DNA of 61,933 bases, the filler included. It is 6 parts of 6 records of this genome, joined end to end, with 100 filler letters (N's around TTAATTAATTAA, not from the genome) between each part and the next. Parts side by side here need not be neighbours in the genome. Positions count along the whole stretch, not along the records: positions 28,185 to 53,183 come from SRR2962707_2575; 5 more parts are not named here. The stretch is one strand, 5' to 3'. The notes under the pieces are model-generated. The model did not search any database, was not told the origin of the DNA, and saw only the letters and a program-made list of their open reading frames with translations. Made by a program: the position numbers and the translations under genes. Shown here one piece after another: positions 42,157 through 53,283 of this stretch (the stretch's first letter is position 1; each line of letters begins with the position of its first letter).

Positions 42157-43012
42157 GGCCGAAACGCAATCACCGGCCTTGCCGACGGGCTGGGCCAGCC
42201 GCGTTGTCATCTATGATAGCTTGCGTTTGCGGTTGGAATACACCGGCCCCACCGATCCGGCGCGGGTGTTGGTTGCCTTTCCGCCCTTTGATTATCCGTT
42301 TCACACCGATCAAGGGGGCTGGGGCACCAAGTCTTTTACGAAACGGTCGATGGCGCATGTTTGCGTCTTTCACCGCGACGAAGACTGGCACCAGCATGAT
42401 GAATTTTTCGACGCGATGCGTGCCTGCCGCGCCTATTTCGGCGCTGCCCCAGAACTGACCGCTTACGGGTTCAGCATGGGGGGCTATGGTGCATTTCTGG
42501 GGGCGCAAGCCTTGAACGCCAGCCGTGCCATTGCGGTATCCCCGCAAAGTTCGATTGACCCAAACGTGGTCAGGTTTGAACGTCGCTATCGTGAACAATG
42601 GGACAAGATGGAAGGGTGGTGCCATGATCTGCGCGACCATTTGGATGACAAGCGATCATATACGGTGATGGTCGACCCGATGCATGGCCAAGACAAAAAA
42701 CACGAAGCGCGGTTGCCCAAACCTGCGCAGTATTCCCGTGTGCTGCTGCATGGTGCCGGGCATGCGGGTATTCAGACGATTGTTGATATGGGGCAATCGG
42801 CGGCTCTGTTTGATTTGCTGCGCGGCGATATTGCACCGCAGGACATGCGCATCGCCTACCGTGCCGGTCGCCGTGACGGGTTCAGATATGTCCGCAAAAT
42901 GGGTATCCTCTTGCATCAGCAGCAAAAACCGGCGGCGCGGATGTTCTATGCCATCGCCCAAGACAAGGGGTACCGACGTTTGCTCAAGAAATGGGACCCG
43001 CTGTATGAATAG
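42149..43012 (+). CDS. Alpha/beta-hydrolase fold protein
   Basis: Nucleophile elbow YGFSMGGY, SPQ, D...GH; overlaps the upstream stop. Confidence 0.75.
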   Translation: MGKAETQSPALPTGWASRVVIYDSLRLRLEYTGPTDPARVLVAFPPFDYPFHTDQGGWGTKSFTKRSMAHVCVFHRDEDWHQHDEFFDAMRACRAYFGAAPELTAYGFSMGGYGAFLGAQALNASRAIAVSPQSSIDPNVVRFERRYREQWDKMEGWCHDLRDHLDDKRSYTVMVDPMHGQDKKHEARLPKPAQYSRVLLHGAGHAGIQTIVDMGQSAALFDLLRGDIAPQDMRIAYRAGRRDGFRYVRKMGILLHQQQKPAARMFYAIAQDKGYRRLLKKWDPLYE

Positions 43013-43089
43013 CGCATCAACGCTTTAGAACGCCAAGGCTTCATGCCATACCTGAAATCAACGATGATCCGGCTGGGGATATAGACGAC

Positions 43090-44532
43090 ATGCAAGACCA
43101 CGGGGCCAAGAAACGCGGCGTCCTTCTGAGGGCGAAAAACGGCGACGTTATCGGCTTTGATGAAACGGGTCTGCGCATGAACCTGTCGGACAGCGTGATC
43201 GAGGACATCCATAAACGCCTGCCAGCGCTGGGGGGACATGTGGCCGTTGATCCGGCCGTCTTGGGGGATGTGGATGCGTGGAACCTGCGCCAAGACGGGC
43301 AATGGTATGTGTTCGGCGCACATTTGCCCGGTGCGCAGGGGCCGCGCCAATTCCGCCGTCGGGTTCAGGTGTCAGATGATGCCAGCGCGCCTGACATCAT
43401 CGCGGATACCGCAGGCGCGGTATACGGGTTGCTTTCGTTTGGTGGCACGCGGCGTGCTGTTACTGCAAATGAACGGCTATCCTTTCCCTATCATGTTGTC
43501 ACCACGGGGGATGATCTGGGCCCAGCGGGGGCGTCCGGCACCCAAACGAATGAGGCGACGGATGTCATCCAAAGGCTGACCGAACAGACCCGCGACAGCC
43601 TGATCGCCGATGAAATTCTGCGCCGCCGGCAGGCCGACCACCGTGCCTTGCCGCTGATATATGCACGTTCTGAGACGGACAGCGCGTCCAGCATCGCGGC
43701 ACTGTCGCAAGGCGCGGCTTTTGATAATTTACGCCAGACGGTTCAGAACCTGTGCGATGCAGCGCGGTCACTAGGCAAACCGGCCAAGGTGTTGTCGGTC
43801 GGTCTGGATTTCACCCTCGAAGACGTCACCAGCAGCGGGCCGGACTGGGCCGCCGGAATGCACCGCGTGATGCACCAGATCACCGATCTGTTTGCGGACC
43901 ATGGATTGCGCAAGCCGCTGTTTACCGCGATTTTCGATGCGGGCACGGCTGATATTTCCGACAGTCCTGTCTTGCGGGCTCAATGGGGTTTGGCATGGAA
44001 CAAGGGTGATCACGATCACGTCTTTGCCGCCCCCGGATATATGTTCGCCCAAGACGTCTTTGGTCGTGCGACGCCGGATGCACGCCTTCAGATGGCCGAA
44101 ATGGAAAGCTGCGCGATCGAGGCGCGCAACAGTGACGCGCCTTGGGCCTGTCCGGTGTTACTGCTGGCCGAACGCGAAAACGACGCCAAAGTGATCCGTT
44201 GCCGGGGCGAGGCGATGGGCGCGTTTATATTGGATAAAGATGACCCGCTGAACGCGGGCAAGGCCTGTGGTTTCCGCTTTGAAGGTGATGAAAACGGTGC
44301 CAAAATCATCGACGTGCGCGTCGACAGCAAAGACCGCAATGATCTGTTGATTACTTGCGACAAACCACCAAAGGGTACGGATCTGACGTTGTGCTATGCG
44401 CTGGGCCATCCTGCACCGGACGACGGAATGCCCGCAAACCGTGGGGCGCTGCGCGACGGTTTCAAACTGCAAAGTGCGACAGGTCAGCCCCTTTACCGCT
44501 GGGCGCTGCCCGCAGCATTGCCTGTGCATTGA
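43090..44532 (+). CDS. Hypothetical protein, possibly a degenerate SGNH/sialate O-acetylesterase-like fold
   Basis: 480-aa ORF in an operon; weak pattern similarity only. Confidence 0.6.
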   Translation: MQDHGAKKRGVLLRAKNGDVIGFDETGLRMNLSDSVIEDIHKRLPALGGHVAVDPAVLGDVDAWNLRQDGQWYVFGAHLPGAQGPRQFRRRVQVSDDASAPDIIADTAGAVYGLLSFGGTRRAVTANERLSFPYHVVTTGDDLGPAGASGTQTNEATDVIQRLTEQTRDSLIADEILRRRQADHRALPLIYARSETDSASSIAALSQGAAFDNLRQTVQNLCDAARSLGKPAKVLSVGLDFTLEDVTSSGPDWAAGMHRVMHQITDLFADHGLRKPLFTAIFDAGTADISDSPVLRAQWGLAWNKGDHDHVFAAPGYMFAQDVFGRATPDARLQMAEMESCAIEARNSDAPWACPVLLLAERENDAKVIRCRGEAMGAFILDKDDPLNAGKACGFRFEGDENGAKIIDVRVDSKDRNDLLITCDKPPKGTDLTLCYALGHPAPDDGMPANRGALRDGFKLQSATGQPLYRWALPAALPVH

Positions 44533-45335
44533 TGGATAATTTCGCCCCCTTGTTTGTCGATATCGACCTGCCCGATGCGGTGCTTTTACGCGATGCGCCT
44601 GCGCCCACAGTTGCGGCAACGCCCGCCATGCATCCCAACGACGCAGAGGCGATCTGGTATCGTGGCCATCAGGCCGCGATGACGTTGTCGGAAGGCGGGG
44701 CCATCACGGTTTGGACGCCTGAAAACGGGCTGGGCATCGCGGCCCGCCCCGCCAAGCCGAACCAGGATCATGCCCGCCCGGCACCCGGCGGTGGCATCGT
44801 CTATATCCGCGAGGTGAACGGCGGTTTCGTGGTTGAGGCCGCTGTGGTCGAGGCCGAGAAATTCTGCTGCGCCTTGCGCATCACTTCACCCGAAGCTCAG
44901 GCACGTACATTGATCACGCTGAACCCGGCAGGTGGCGATAACTATCTGTTCCTGTCCGAGAAAGACGGCGTACTGGAATGGCGCGATGATGCCGGATCGG
45001 TCGAGGTATCATTGCCCGCGCCGGGCCCAGACATGTGGGTGTTGGCGGGCTATGACCATGGCAAGCTTAGCCTGACGGCCACCAAAACAGGCGCGCATTT
45101 TCCGGCCCCCCAGATCAGCCCCGAGGCAAGCACATCGCTGAACACGGCATTGAATGGCCCCAACGATCTGTTCATCGGATGCCGGTCACATCGCAAGGGT
45201 ATCTTGAAAACACTGGGCAGTTCGGTGATCCATGACGTGTTGTTCTGGCTTGATACGGCTGGCACCACGCCCGATGCGCTGGATAAGATCACCCAAGCTT
45301 GCCGCTTTGTCGAAGAGCAAGGGAATGCGTCATGA
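44532..45335 (+). CDS. Hypothetical beta-rich protein (possibly LamG/ConA-like)
   Basis: TGATG coupling to the upstream gene; DLFIG...IHDVLFW pattern. Confidence 0.6.
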   Translation: MDNFAPLFVDIDLPDAVLLRDAPAPTVAATPAMHPNDAEAIWYRGHQAAMTLSEGGAITVWTPENGLGIAARPAKPNQDHARPAPGGGIVYIREVNGGFVVEAAVVEAEKFCCALRITSPEAQARTLITLNPAGGDNYLFLSEKDGVLEWRDDAGSVEVSLPAPGPDMWVLAGYDHGKLSLTATKTGAHFPAPQISPEASTSLNTALNGPNDLFIGCRSHRKGILKTLGSSVIHDVLFWLDTAGTTPDALDKITQACRFVEEQGNAS

Positions 45336-47629
45336 GCTTTAGCAGGCAGACCGCTGACGGGGACAACATCTGCGTCATCTGGATCGATGACATGATCGAC
45401 ATTTTCACATGGCGCAATGCGTTTGGCCTGACGATCAGCACTCCCAACATCGACCGCTTCATGAGCGAGGGCGCACGCTTTGCGAATGCCTATGCCACGG
45501 TGCCGCTATGTGCGCCGTGCCGGGCCGAACTGGCCACCGGCCTGTCGCCGTTTCGCACCGGTTTGGTCGATCTTAACCGGTTTTGGCGCGATATCCTGCC
45601 GCCCACCACGGGCTGGCAATTCGATCTACGCCGCGCCGGGTTTCGTACATTCACGACCGGCAAGGTCGACAGCAATTACAAACCCATGCCCGAAGGATAC
45701 GCCCGCATCCTGTTCCATGAACAGCCCGAGGCAAAGGACGCGGGCAAGCGCAGCAACGTCAAAAAATACCTTGATAAAGGGCCGGGGATCGCGGGGATCA
45801 ACCACCCCGATGATGACGGCAGTCAGGACGGCAAGTTCTATGACAACATGGTCGCGCAGAACGCTATCGACTATCTGGGCCGCGCCGATCCCAAGCGGCG
45901 ACATCTGATCCAGCTTGGCTTCAAACATCCGCATTATAATCTGCAATGCCCCGACCGATTTTATCAGCAATATGACGTCGATAAAATCAGCTGGCCCACC
46001 ACCGCCGCGCCCGAGGATTATTTCGGCCCGCAAGAGGGCATGGCCGTCTACGAGGCTGCCTATATTGCCAACGGTCCGTGGACGCCGGAAAAGGCTGGCG
46101 ATCAGGCGTGGCGTCAGGTGGTCCGCGCCTATTTCGCCGCGATCAGCCATGTGGATGCGGAAATCGGCCGGTTTATGGATGCGTTGCGCGCGTCAGAATT
46201 GGGGCAAAACACCACTGTGGTGCTGCTGTCGGACAACGGTTTCAACCTTGGCACCCACGACAGCTTTCACAAGATGAGCCAATGGGACAGTGCCGCCCAT
46301 GTGCCGCTTGGCATCTGGAATGCGCGGATGGAACAGGGCCGCGTGATTGATCTGCCCGTGTCTCTGCACAACCTGCCCAAAACGATCATGGATCTGGCGG
46401 GGCTGCCCTATCGTTCCAACTGGACTTCGGGGCAAAGCCTGCTGCCCTTGGTCGATGATAGCTTTGGCCGGTACGACGCCAGCAAATCGCCTGTGACATC
46501 GGTGTTTGGCACCCTGTCGGTCCGGTCCTCTGAACCCGACCTTAGCCGCTATCGCTATTTCCGCTACCCCAATGGCGAAGAGCATATCTATGATCTGGTC
46601 GCTGATCCGGGTGAGACGACGAACATCGTGGCCGACGCGCCCTTGGATGCTTTGCGCGCCACCATGGTGGATAACGCGCTGGAACTGGGCCTTGATCTGC
46701 GCGGCTTTGAGAACCCTCAGCGCGGGGTCAATGCGATGATGGCGCTGGACGGATCAGTGGTGCTGGCAGGCGGCAATGCCGACAATGATTACTGGGCCTA
46801 CGGTGCCAACGCCGAAAAAATCACCGAGGACGAAGACGGCGGGAATGACACGCTTTGGTACATGGCGGGGCCGGATGATTACGTGCTGCATATGCCCGCC
46901 TATATCGAAAACATCCGCATCGCCACGGTGGTGTCGCGCAAGGAACAAAACGCCAGCGAAGGCAAGGAAATTGCCATCGTCGCGCACCCCGATACGCCCA
47001 TGAATTTCGAGACATCCGAACGGGTCGCCGTCAACGTGCAGGGCAGCCGCGGGGCCGATGTGATGATCGGCGCGAAATACGCAGGGGCCACGTTTTACGG
47101 CGGGGCGGGCGATGACCTGCTGATCGCCAAATCCGGGCGCGGCAAGGATGTGCATATTTTCTATGGCGGGGCGGGGAATGACACGCTCTATGGCGGCAAC
47201 GGGCGCGATATCTTGGATGGTGGCGCGGGCGACGATGTCATTCGCGGCGGCGAGGGGCGCAGCAAGATTTACGGCGGGCCGGGCAATGATGATATCGCAG
47301 ACGGGCCGGGCGGGTCGGAAATTCACACCGGACCGGGGCGCAACATCGTGCGATCGGCTGGCGGGGACGATCATATCTACGTCGGCAGCGGTCAGAACAC
47401 GATTGAACCGGGCGAAGGGGCTGCGGTGTTCCACGTCGCATATGGTGGCGTGACCGAGATTAACGGTTGGTCTGATGCGTACCGGTTGGACCTGTCCGCA
47501 TGGCCAAACCCGCCCGAACTGCGGATCACCGGCAACGACCGCGCAGACATCCGTTTGGGTGTGGCCATCATACGCATCAATGGCCCGGTGTCCGAGGCAA
47601 CATTGAAAACCCAAGTCTCCCAAGGTTAA
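45332..47629 (+). CDS. Sulfatase with C-terminal RTX Ca-binding repeats
   Basis: IWIDD, CAPCRAELATG (CxPxR), GK, HPH, SDNG; repeated GGAGDD/GGAGND/GGPGND nonapeptides. Confidence 0.9.
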   Translation: MSFSRQTADGDNICVIWIDDMIDIFTWRNAFGLTISTPNIDRFMSEGARFANAYATVPLCAPCRAELATGLSPFRTGLVDLNRFWRDILPPTTGWQFDLRRAGFRTFTTGKVDSNYKPMPEGYARILFHEQPEAKDAGKRSNVKKYLDKGPGIAGINHPDDDGSQDGKFYDNMVAQNAIDYLGRADPKRRHLIQLGFKHPHYNLQCPDRFYQQYDVDKISWPTTAAPEDYFGPQEGMAVYEAAYIANGPWTPEKAGDQAWRQVVRAYFAAISHVDAEIGRFMDALRASELGQNTTVVLLSDNGFNLGTHDSFHKMSQWDSAAHVPLGIWNARMEQGRVIDLPVSLHNLPKTIMDLAGLPYRSNWTSGQSLLPLVDDSFGRYDASKSPVTSVFGTLSVRSSEPDLSRYRYFRYPNGEEHIYDLVADPGETTNIVADAPLDALRATMVDNALELGLDLRGFENPQRGVNAMMALDGSVVLAGGNADNDYWAYGANAEKITEDEDGGNDTLWYMAGPDDYVLHMPAYIENIRIATVVSRKEQNASEGKEIAIVAHPDTPMNFETSERVAVNVQGSRGADVMIGAKYAGATFYGGAGDDLLIAKSGRGKDVHIFYGGAGNDTLYGGNGRDILDGGAGDDVIRGGEGRSKIYGGPGNDDIADGPGGSEIHTGPGRNIVRSAGGDDHIYVGSGQNTIEPGEGAAVFHVAYGGVTEINGWSDAYRLDLSAWPNPPELRITGNDRADIRLGVAIIRINGPVSEATLKTQVSQG

Positions 47630-47662
47630 GCAAGCCATGAAACACGCAGTTAGAGCATACAC

Positions 47663-48775
47663 ATGGCGCTAAGGTTCAATCCTGAGACCCCCTTGGCGGG
47701 GGGCATCCGCGTGGTCGAGAATGCGTTGATCGTGCCATGGGGCGAGGGCAATCACCGCAAGATGGCCCGCCCTGCGGGGGTGTTCGACGCGCAGGGGAAT
47801 TTCTGTGTTGATGCGATGACATGGCGGTCAAGCCGTAGACCGACAACCGTTGAACCCATCCTGCCAGCCGAGGCGGACGTAGACCGCGACCTGTCGGGGA
47901 CGATGCTATATGCGGGGTTGTCCTACGGCCATTTTGGTCATGCTTTGTGTGAATCGCTGGCGCGGCTGTGGGCGGTGGATGAATTTGACGGCGCGATTGA
48001 TGCGGTGGCGTTTATCCCTAAAAACCCCATTACCTGGCCCGAACGCAGCCTTGGCATGGTCAAGGTCATTGCCGAACAGTTGGGCGAGATGCCCCGCCTG
48101 ACAGCCTTTAACAAACCCACGCGCATTGAACGTCTGGTGATTGCGCCGCAGGGGTTTGGCGTGAATGATCTGATGTCAGGCAGCCCCGAATTCCGCGCCT
48201 TTACCGACCGTCGCCTGCGCCAACGGATTAAACCCGCCGGGCCTGACAAAATCTATATCTCACGCAGCGCGTTGTTTCGCAAACGCGGGCGGTTCGTGCT
48301 TGAGGATTATATCGAGGCCAAGATGGAGGCCGAGGGTTATACGATCTTTCACCCCCAGCAGCATGATCTGGCAACCCAGCTGGCCTATTACAAAGGTGCG
48401 TCGATGATCGTATCGACCGATAATTCGGCGCTGCATCTGGCCGCCTTTGTCGTCGACCCGACCTGCAAGATCGGCATTTTGCTGCGCCGCCCCGGCACGA
48501 TCTTTGAGGATTTCCAGCTGCAACTGAAATGGTTTGCAGGTGTTACCCCTGATGTGGTTGATGCCTGCACCCGCTTTTGGTTTCGCCGCGGTGAAAAGGT
48601 CCAGTACAACGAGGTCTATTCCCTGATTGATTTCGAGAAAACGGGCCAAGCGTTGCAACGCGCAGGGCTGATCGCAAAGGCGGATTGGGTAAACCCGACA
48701 GAAGCCGAAGTGGGCAATGCGGTCGAGAGAATGCAAACCGAATTCGAAATGACATTCGACGAGATTTTTCTGTAG
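47663..48775 (+). CDS. GT61 (DUF563) glycosyltransferase
   Basis: HFGHALCESLARLW, KIYISRS, FHPQQH, NSALH. Confidence 0.85.
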   Translation: MALRFNPETPLAGGIRVVENALIVPWGEGNHRKMARPAGVFDAQGNFCVDAMTWRSSRRPTTVEPILPAEADVDRDLSGTMLYAGLSYGHFGHALCESLARLWAVDEFDGAIDAVAFIPKNPITWPERSLGMVKVIAEQLGEMPRLTAFNKPTRIERLVIAPQGFGVNDLMSGSPEFRAFTDRRLRQRIKPAGPDKIYISRSALFRKRGRFVLEDYIEAKMEAEGYTIFHPQQHDLATQLAYYKGASMIVSTDNSALHLAAFVVDPTCKIGILLRRPGTIFEDFQLQLKWFAGVTPDVVDACTRFWFRRGEKVQYNEVYSLIDFEKTGQALQRAGLIAKADWVNPTEAEVGNAVERMQTEFEMTFDEIFL

Positions 48776-48859
48776 CAATCTGCGTTGCTTTAATTTTTCT
48801 GGCCTCCTATTGTTCGGCTATCGAACACTTTACCGGTTCGTGACCTTGGGAGGGGATCA

Positions 48860-50035
48860 ATGCCATTAGCACCGCTGGACGAGGCAATAACGATTGCCGA
48901 TCTGACACGTGACCCGTACCCGATCTATGCGCGGTTGCGGTCGCAAAGCCCTGTCTTGCGGGTCAAATCCTTGGGGCGGACGTTGTTGACCAAGGCCGCA
49001 GATACCCGTGCTGTCAAAGGCAATCCCGCGCTGTTCAGCACCAATGATCCCAACACTCCGATGGAAAAGGCGTTCGAGGCGCATACACTGATGCGCAAGG
49101 ACGGCGACGCCCATTTGCGCGAACGCATGGCGATGGTGCCCACGTTTTCAGCCCGCAATATCAAGACGATATGGGTGCCGTCCTATGAACGCCACGCCAG
49201 CGATTATCTGGACCGCTTGCCCCGAGACGAGGTGATCGATCTGTTCCCCATGTTGGCTGGCCCCCTAGCAGCGCGCATCCTGGCCGAGATTTTGGGCATG
49301 CCTGACGCATCGGATGCGGACATGCAGCATTGGTCGCAAGCGTTGATTGACGGGGCGGGAAACTTTGGCTGGGCGGATGAACCGTTTGAACGGGTCGCCG
49401 CCGCTAATATCGAGATGAACGCCGAGATCGCGCGCATGGTTGATCGCCTCAAGGCCGACCCGGACCAATCGGCGCTGTCGGTGATGGTCAATGCGGACGA
49501 TCCCATAGAGATGAGCCAGATTATATCGAACATCAAAATCGCGATTGGCGGCGGGATTAATGAACCCCGTGATGCGCTGCTGACAATTCTTTACGGGCTG
49601 CTGACGAACCCCGACCAGTTGGAAGAAGTGAAATCAAAGGGCGCATGGAGCGATGCGTTCGAAGAAGGGGTGCGCTGGGTCGCCCCCATTCAGGTCAGCT
49701 CTCGGGTGGCACTTGAGGATACGGAAATCAGGGGTTTCACAATTCCCAAAGGCGATGTGGTGATGACGTCGCAGGCATCGGCCAACCACGATGAAGACGT
49801 GTTCGAGGACGGGCATCTGTATAACGCGCTTCGCAATGCGTCGGCGCATCAGTCGTTCGGCAACGGGCCGCATCACTGCATGGGCATCCACATCTCGCGC
49901 CACACGGTGGGCAAGGTACTGCTGCCAATGCTGTTTGAACGTTTCCCGAATATGGAGCTGGTGGACCCGGCAAGCGTGGTCTGGTCCGGTTTCGGCTTTC
50001 GGGGGCCGTTGAACCTGCCCGTGCGTCTGAACTGA
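48860..50035 (+). CDS. Cytochrome P450, VirH2/PinF2 (CYP104)-like
   Basis: EGVR (ExxR), FGNGPHHCMG heme motif; AHTLMRKDG, LIDGAGNFGW, NIKIAIGGGINEPRDAL and GFGFRGP match Agrobacterium VirH2 as recalled. Confidence 0.9.
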   Translation: MPLAPLDEAITIADLTRDPYPIYARLRSQSPVLRVKSLGRTLLTKAADTRAVKGNPALFSTNDPNTPMEKAFEAHTLMRKDGDAHLRERMAMVPTFSARNIKTIWVPSYERHASDYLDRLPRDEVIDLFPMLAGPLAARILAEILGMPDASDADMQHWSQALIDGAGNFGWADEPFERVAAANIEMNAEIARMVDRLKADPDQSALSVMVNADDPIEMSQIISNIKIAIGGGINEPRDALLTILYGLLTNPDQLEEVKSKGAWSDAFEEGVRWVAPIQVSSRVALEDTEIRGFTIPKGDVVMTSQASANHDEDVFEDGHLYNALRNASAHQSFGNGPHHCMGIHISRHTVGKVLLPMLFERFPNMELVDPASVVWSGFGFRGPLNLPVRLN

Positions 50036-50056
50036 CGCAGCGGGCAGGCGGGTTTC
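50014..50056. terminator. Stem-loop between the convergent P450 and BKACE genes
   Basis: CCTGCCCG-TGCGTC / GACGCA-g-CGGGCAGG, 14-bp stem with one bulge. Confidence 0.5.
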
Positions 50057-50893
50057 TTAGACGGTGACGCTGCGCAGGCCCAAAATCTCGCGGGCTTGTT
50101 GCCATGTGGCGACGGGGCGTTCGTATTTTTCGCATAGGTCAGCGGCGCGTTTGATCAGCGCTGCATTCGACGGGGCCAGCGTGTCGCGGTCAAGGCGCAC
50201 GTTATCTTCTAGCCCCGCACGGGTATGGCCGCCCGCGGCAATTGCCCATTCGTTCACAACGATCTGGTTGGGGCCAATACCTGCCGCACACCATGCCGCA
50301 TCGGGGGCGCGTGCCTTGACCTGTTCAACATAGAAATCGAATACGGCCTTGTCGGCTGGCATCGCATTTTTCACACCCATCACGAATTGCACATAAAGCC
50401 GCCCGTAAAGCTTGCCGGCTTTGTGAAGCTGGATGGCTTGCAAAATGTGGCTCAGGTCAAATGCTTCGACTTCGGGCACAACCTCGTAGGTGCGCATTTC
50501 AGACGCCAGCCAATCAACCAGATCCGGCGGGTTCTCGTAGACGCGGGTCGGAAAGTTATTCGACCCCACGGACAGCGAAGCCATATCAGGGCGCAGCGAC
50601 AACATGCCGCCACGGGTTTTACCGGCACCGGAACGGCCGCCCGTGGAAAACTGGATAATCATGCCGGGGCAGTGTTTCTCCAGACCTTCCTTGAGGCGGG
50701 CAAATTTTTCAGGATCGGATGATGGCGTTTCATCATCGTTGCGCACATGGGCGTGGCAGATGCTGGCCCCGGCCTCAAACGCCTCGTGGGTGCTTTCGAC
50801 CTGTTCGGCGACCGAAATCGGCACGTTCGGGTTGGCGGCTTTGGTGGGGACGCTGCCGGTGATGGCCACGCATAGGATACAAGGATCAGACAT
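50057..50893 (-). CDS. Beta-keto acid cleavage enzyme (BKACE, DUF849)
   Basis: CVAITGS, GASICHAHVR, QFSTGG, RAGLEDN. Confidence 0.92.
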   Translation of the reverse strand: MSDPCILCVAITGSVPTKAANPNVPISVAEQVESTHEAFEAGASICHAHVRNDDETPSSDPEKFARLKEGLEKHCPGMIIQFSTGGRSGAGKTRGGMLSLRPDMASLSVGSNNFPTRVYENPPDLVDWLASEMRTYEVVPEVEAFDLSHILQAIQLHKAGKLYGRLYVQFVMGVKNAMPADKAVFDFYVEQVKARAPDAAWCAAGIGPNQIVVNEWAIAAGGHTRAGLEDNVRLDRDTLAPSNAALIKRAADLCEKYERPVATWQQAREILGLRSVTV

Positions 50894-51490
50894 CTAGAAA
50901 TACCGTTTCTTTCTCGCCCTGAAGATGGATATCAAACCGATAGACGCCGTCGGCCTCTTTCTCCGCGATCAGGGTCGGCACGCGGTTTTGATGTTCGATG
51001 CGGGTCAGCAACGGGTCGGTGCTGTTGTCGGCATCGGGGAAATACATGCGGGTGTGCAGGCCAATGTTGATGCCCCGCGCCACAATCCAGAATGTGATAT
51101 GCGGGGCCATCATCCGCCCGTCGGGGAACGGCACGGCACCCGGGCGGATCGTATCAAACGCCCATTCGCCTGTGTCATAGTCGCCAGCCTTGCGCCCCCA
51201 TCCCGAGAAGTTCGGGTCGGCAGCCCCGCGCGGATCGTTGTTGGGGTACATACCGTTCGCATCGGCTTGCCAGATCTCGACCATCGCATCCTTGAGCGGG
51301 GTGCCGGTGCCGTCGAACACGGTGCCCTTGATCGTGATGCGGTCGCCAAGTGTATCGGCATTGACCATCGTATCGCCCAGATCATGGGGATAGACGCCCT
51401 TGATGTCGCAAAAATTCGGCACGCAACCGATATGGACATAGGGCCCTGCGGTCTGTGACGCACTTTCCTTGAGGTGTTTCAGCTCTTGCA

Positions 51491-51491
<1 letters not shown>
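50886..51491 (-). CDS. pcaG: Protocatechuate 3,4-dioxygenase alpha subunit
   Basis: ESASQTAGPYVHIG, EIWQADANG, ARGINIGLHTRMYF, ETVFLDV. Confidence 0.95.
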
Positions 51492-52599
<1,108 letters not shown>

Positions 52600-52674
52600 T
52601 CTCCGCTCCCTCTGGAATTGGTGTCGTTTTCGCATAACATTTACCCTAAAGATATTGAGAAACACAGGAATTTG

Positions 52675-52692
52675 CATAACCATGCAGTTATG
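52675..52692. promoter_or_regulatory. PcaQ operator overlapping the pcaQ start codon
   Basis: CATAAC-CATGCA-GTTATG inverted repeat, fitting the recalled ATAACC-N4-GGTTAW PcaQ site. Confidence 0.75.
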
Positions 52693-53183
52693 AAACTAGA
52701 CCCTCGCCTGCGCTTGCGCCACATCTCGACGTTTTTGGATATCGCCCAAGCTGGTTCCATTGTGGCCGCGGCCGATCAACTGGGCGTCAGCCAACCCGCC
52801 GTGTCCAAAACCCTGCGCGAGCTTGAGGATATCATCGGCCAGCAACTGTTTGACCGCTCGCTTCGGCAGCTTCGGCTGAACAAGGCCGGGCAGGCGTTTC
52901 AAAAGCTTGCCGGCTCGGCCATGACGACGCTGGTGCGTGCCACACGGCAGGGGGCCGGGCCCGCCCAGACGCGGCTGGCCATCGGCGCATTGCCAACAGC
53001 GGCGACGCAACTGGTGCCGCGCGCCGCAATCCGGTTTCGCACTGTGCAGCCACAATGTCTGGTGCGGGTGTCCACCGGGCCGAACTGGCTGCTGTTATCG
53101 CAATTGCGCGAGGGGCGTTTGGATCTGGTTGTGGGCCGCATGGCCGAGGCCGCACGGATGGAAGGGCTGAGCTTTCGCCAGCT
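52690..53183 (+). CDS. pcaQ: LysR-type pca regulator, 3'-truncated
   Basis: RLRHISTF, SQPAVSKTLRELE, GALPT, LDLVVGRMA; divergent from pcaC. Confidence 0.92.
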
Positions 53184-53283
53184 NNNNNNNNNNNNNNNNN
53201 NNNNNNNNNNNNNNNNNNNNNNNNNNNTTAATTAATTAANNNNNNNNNNNNNNNNNNNNNNNNNNNNNNNNNNNNNNNNNNNN
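53184..53283. other. Artificial contig linker
   Basis: N44-TTAATTAATTAA-N44. Confidence 0.99.
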
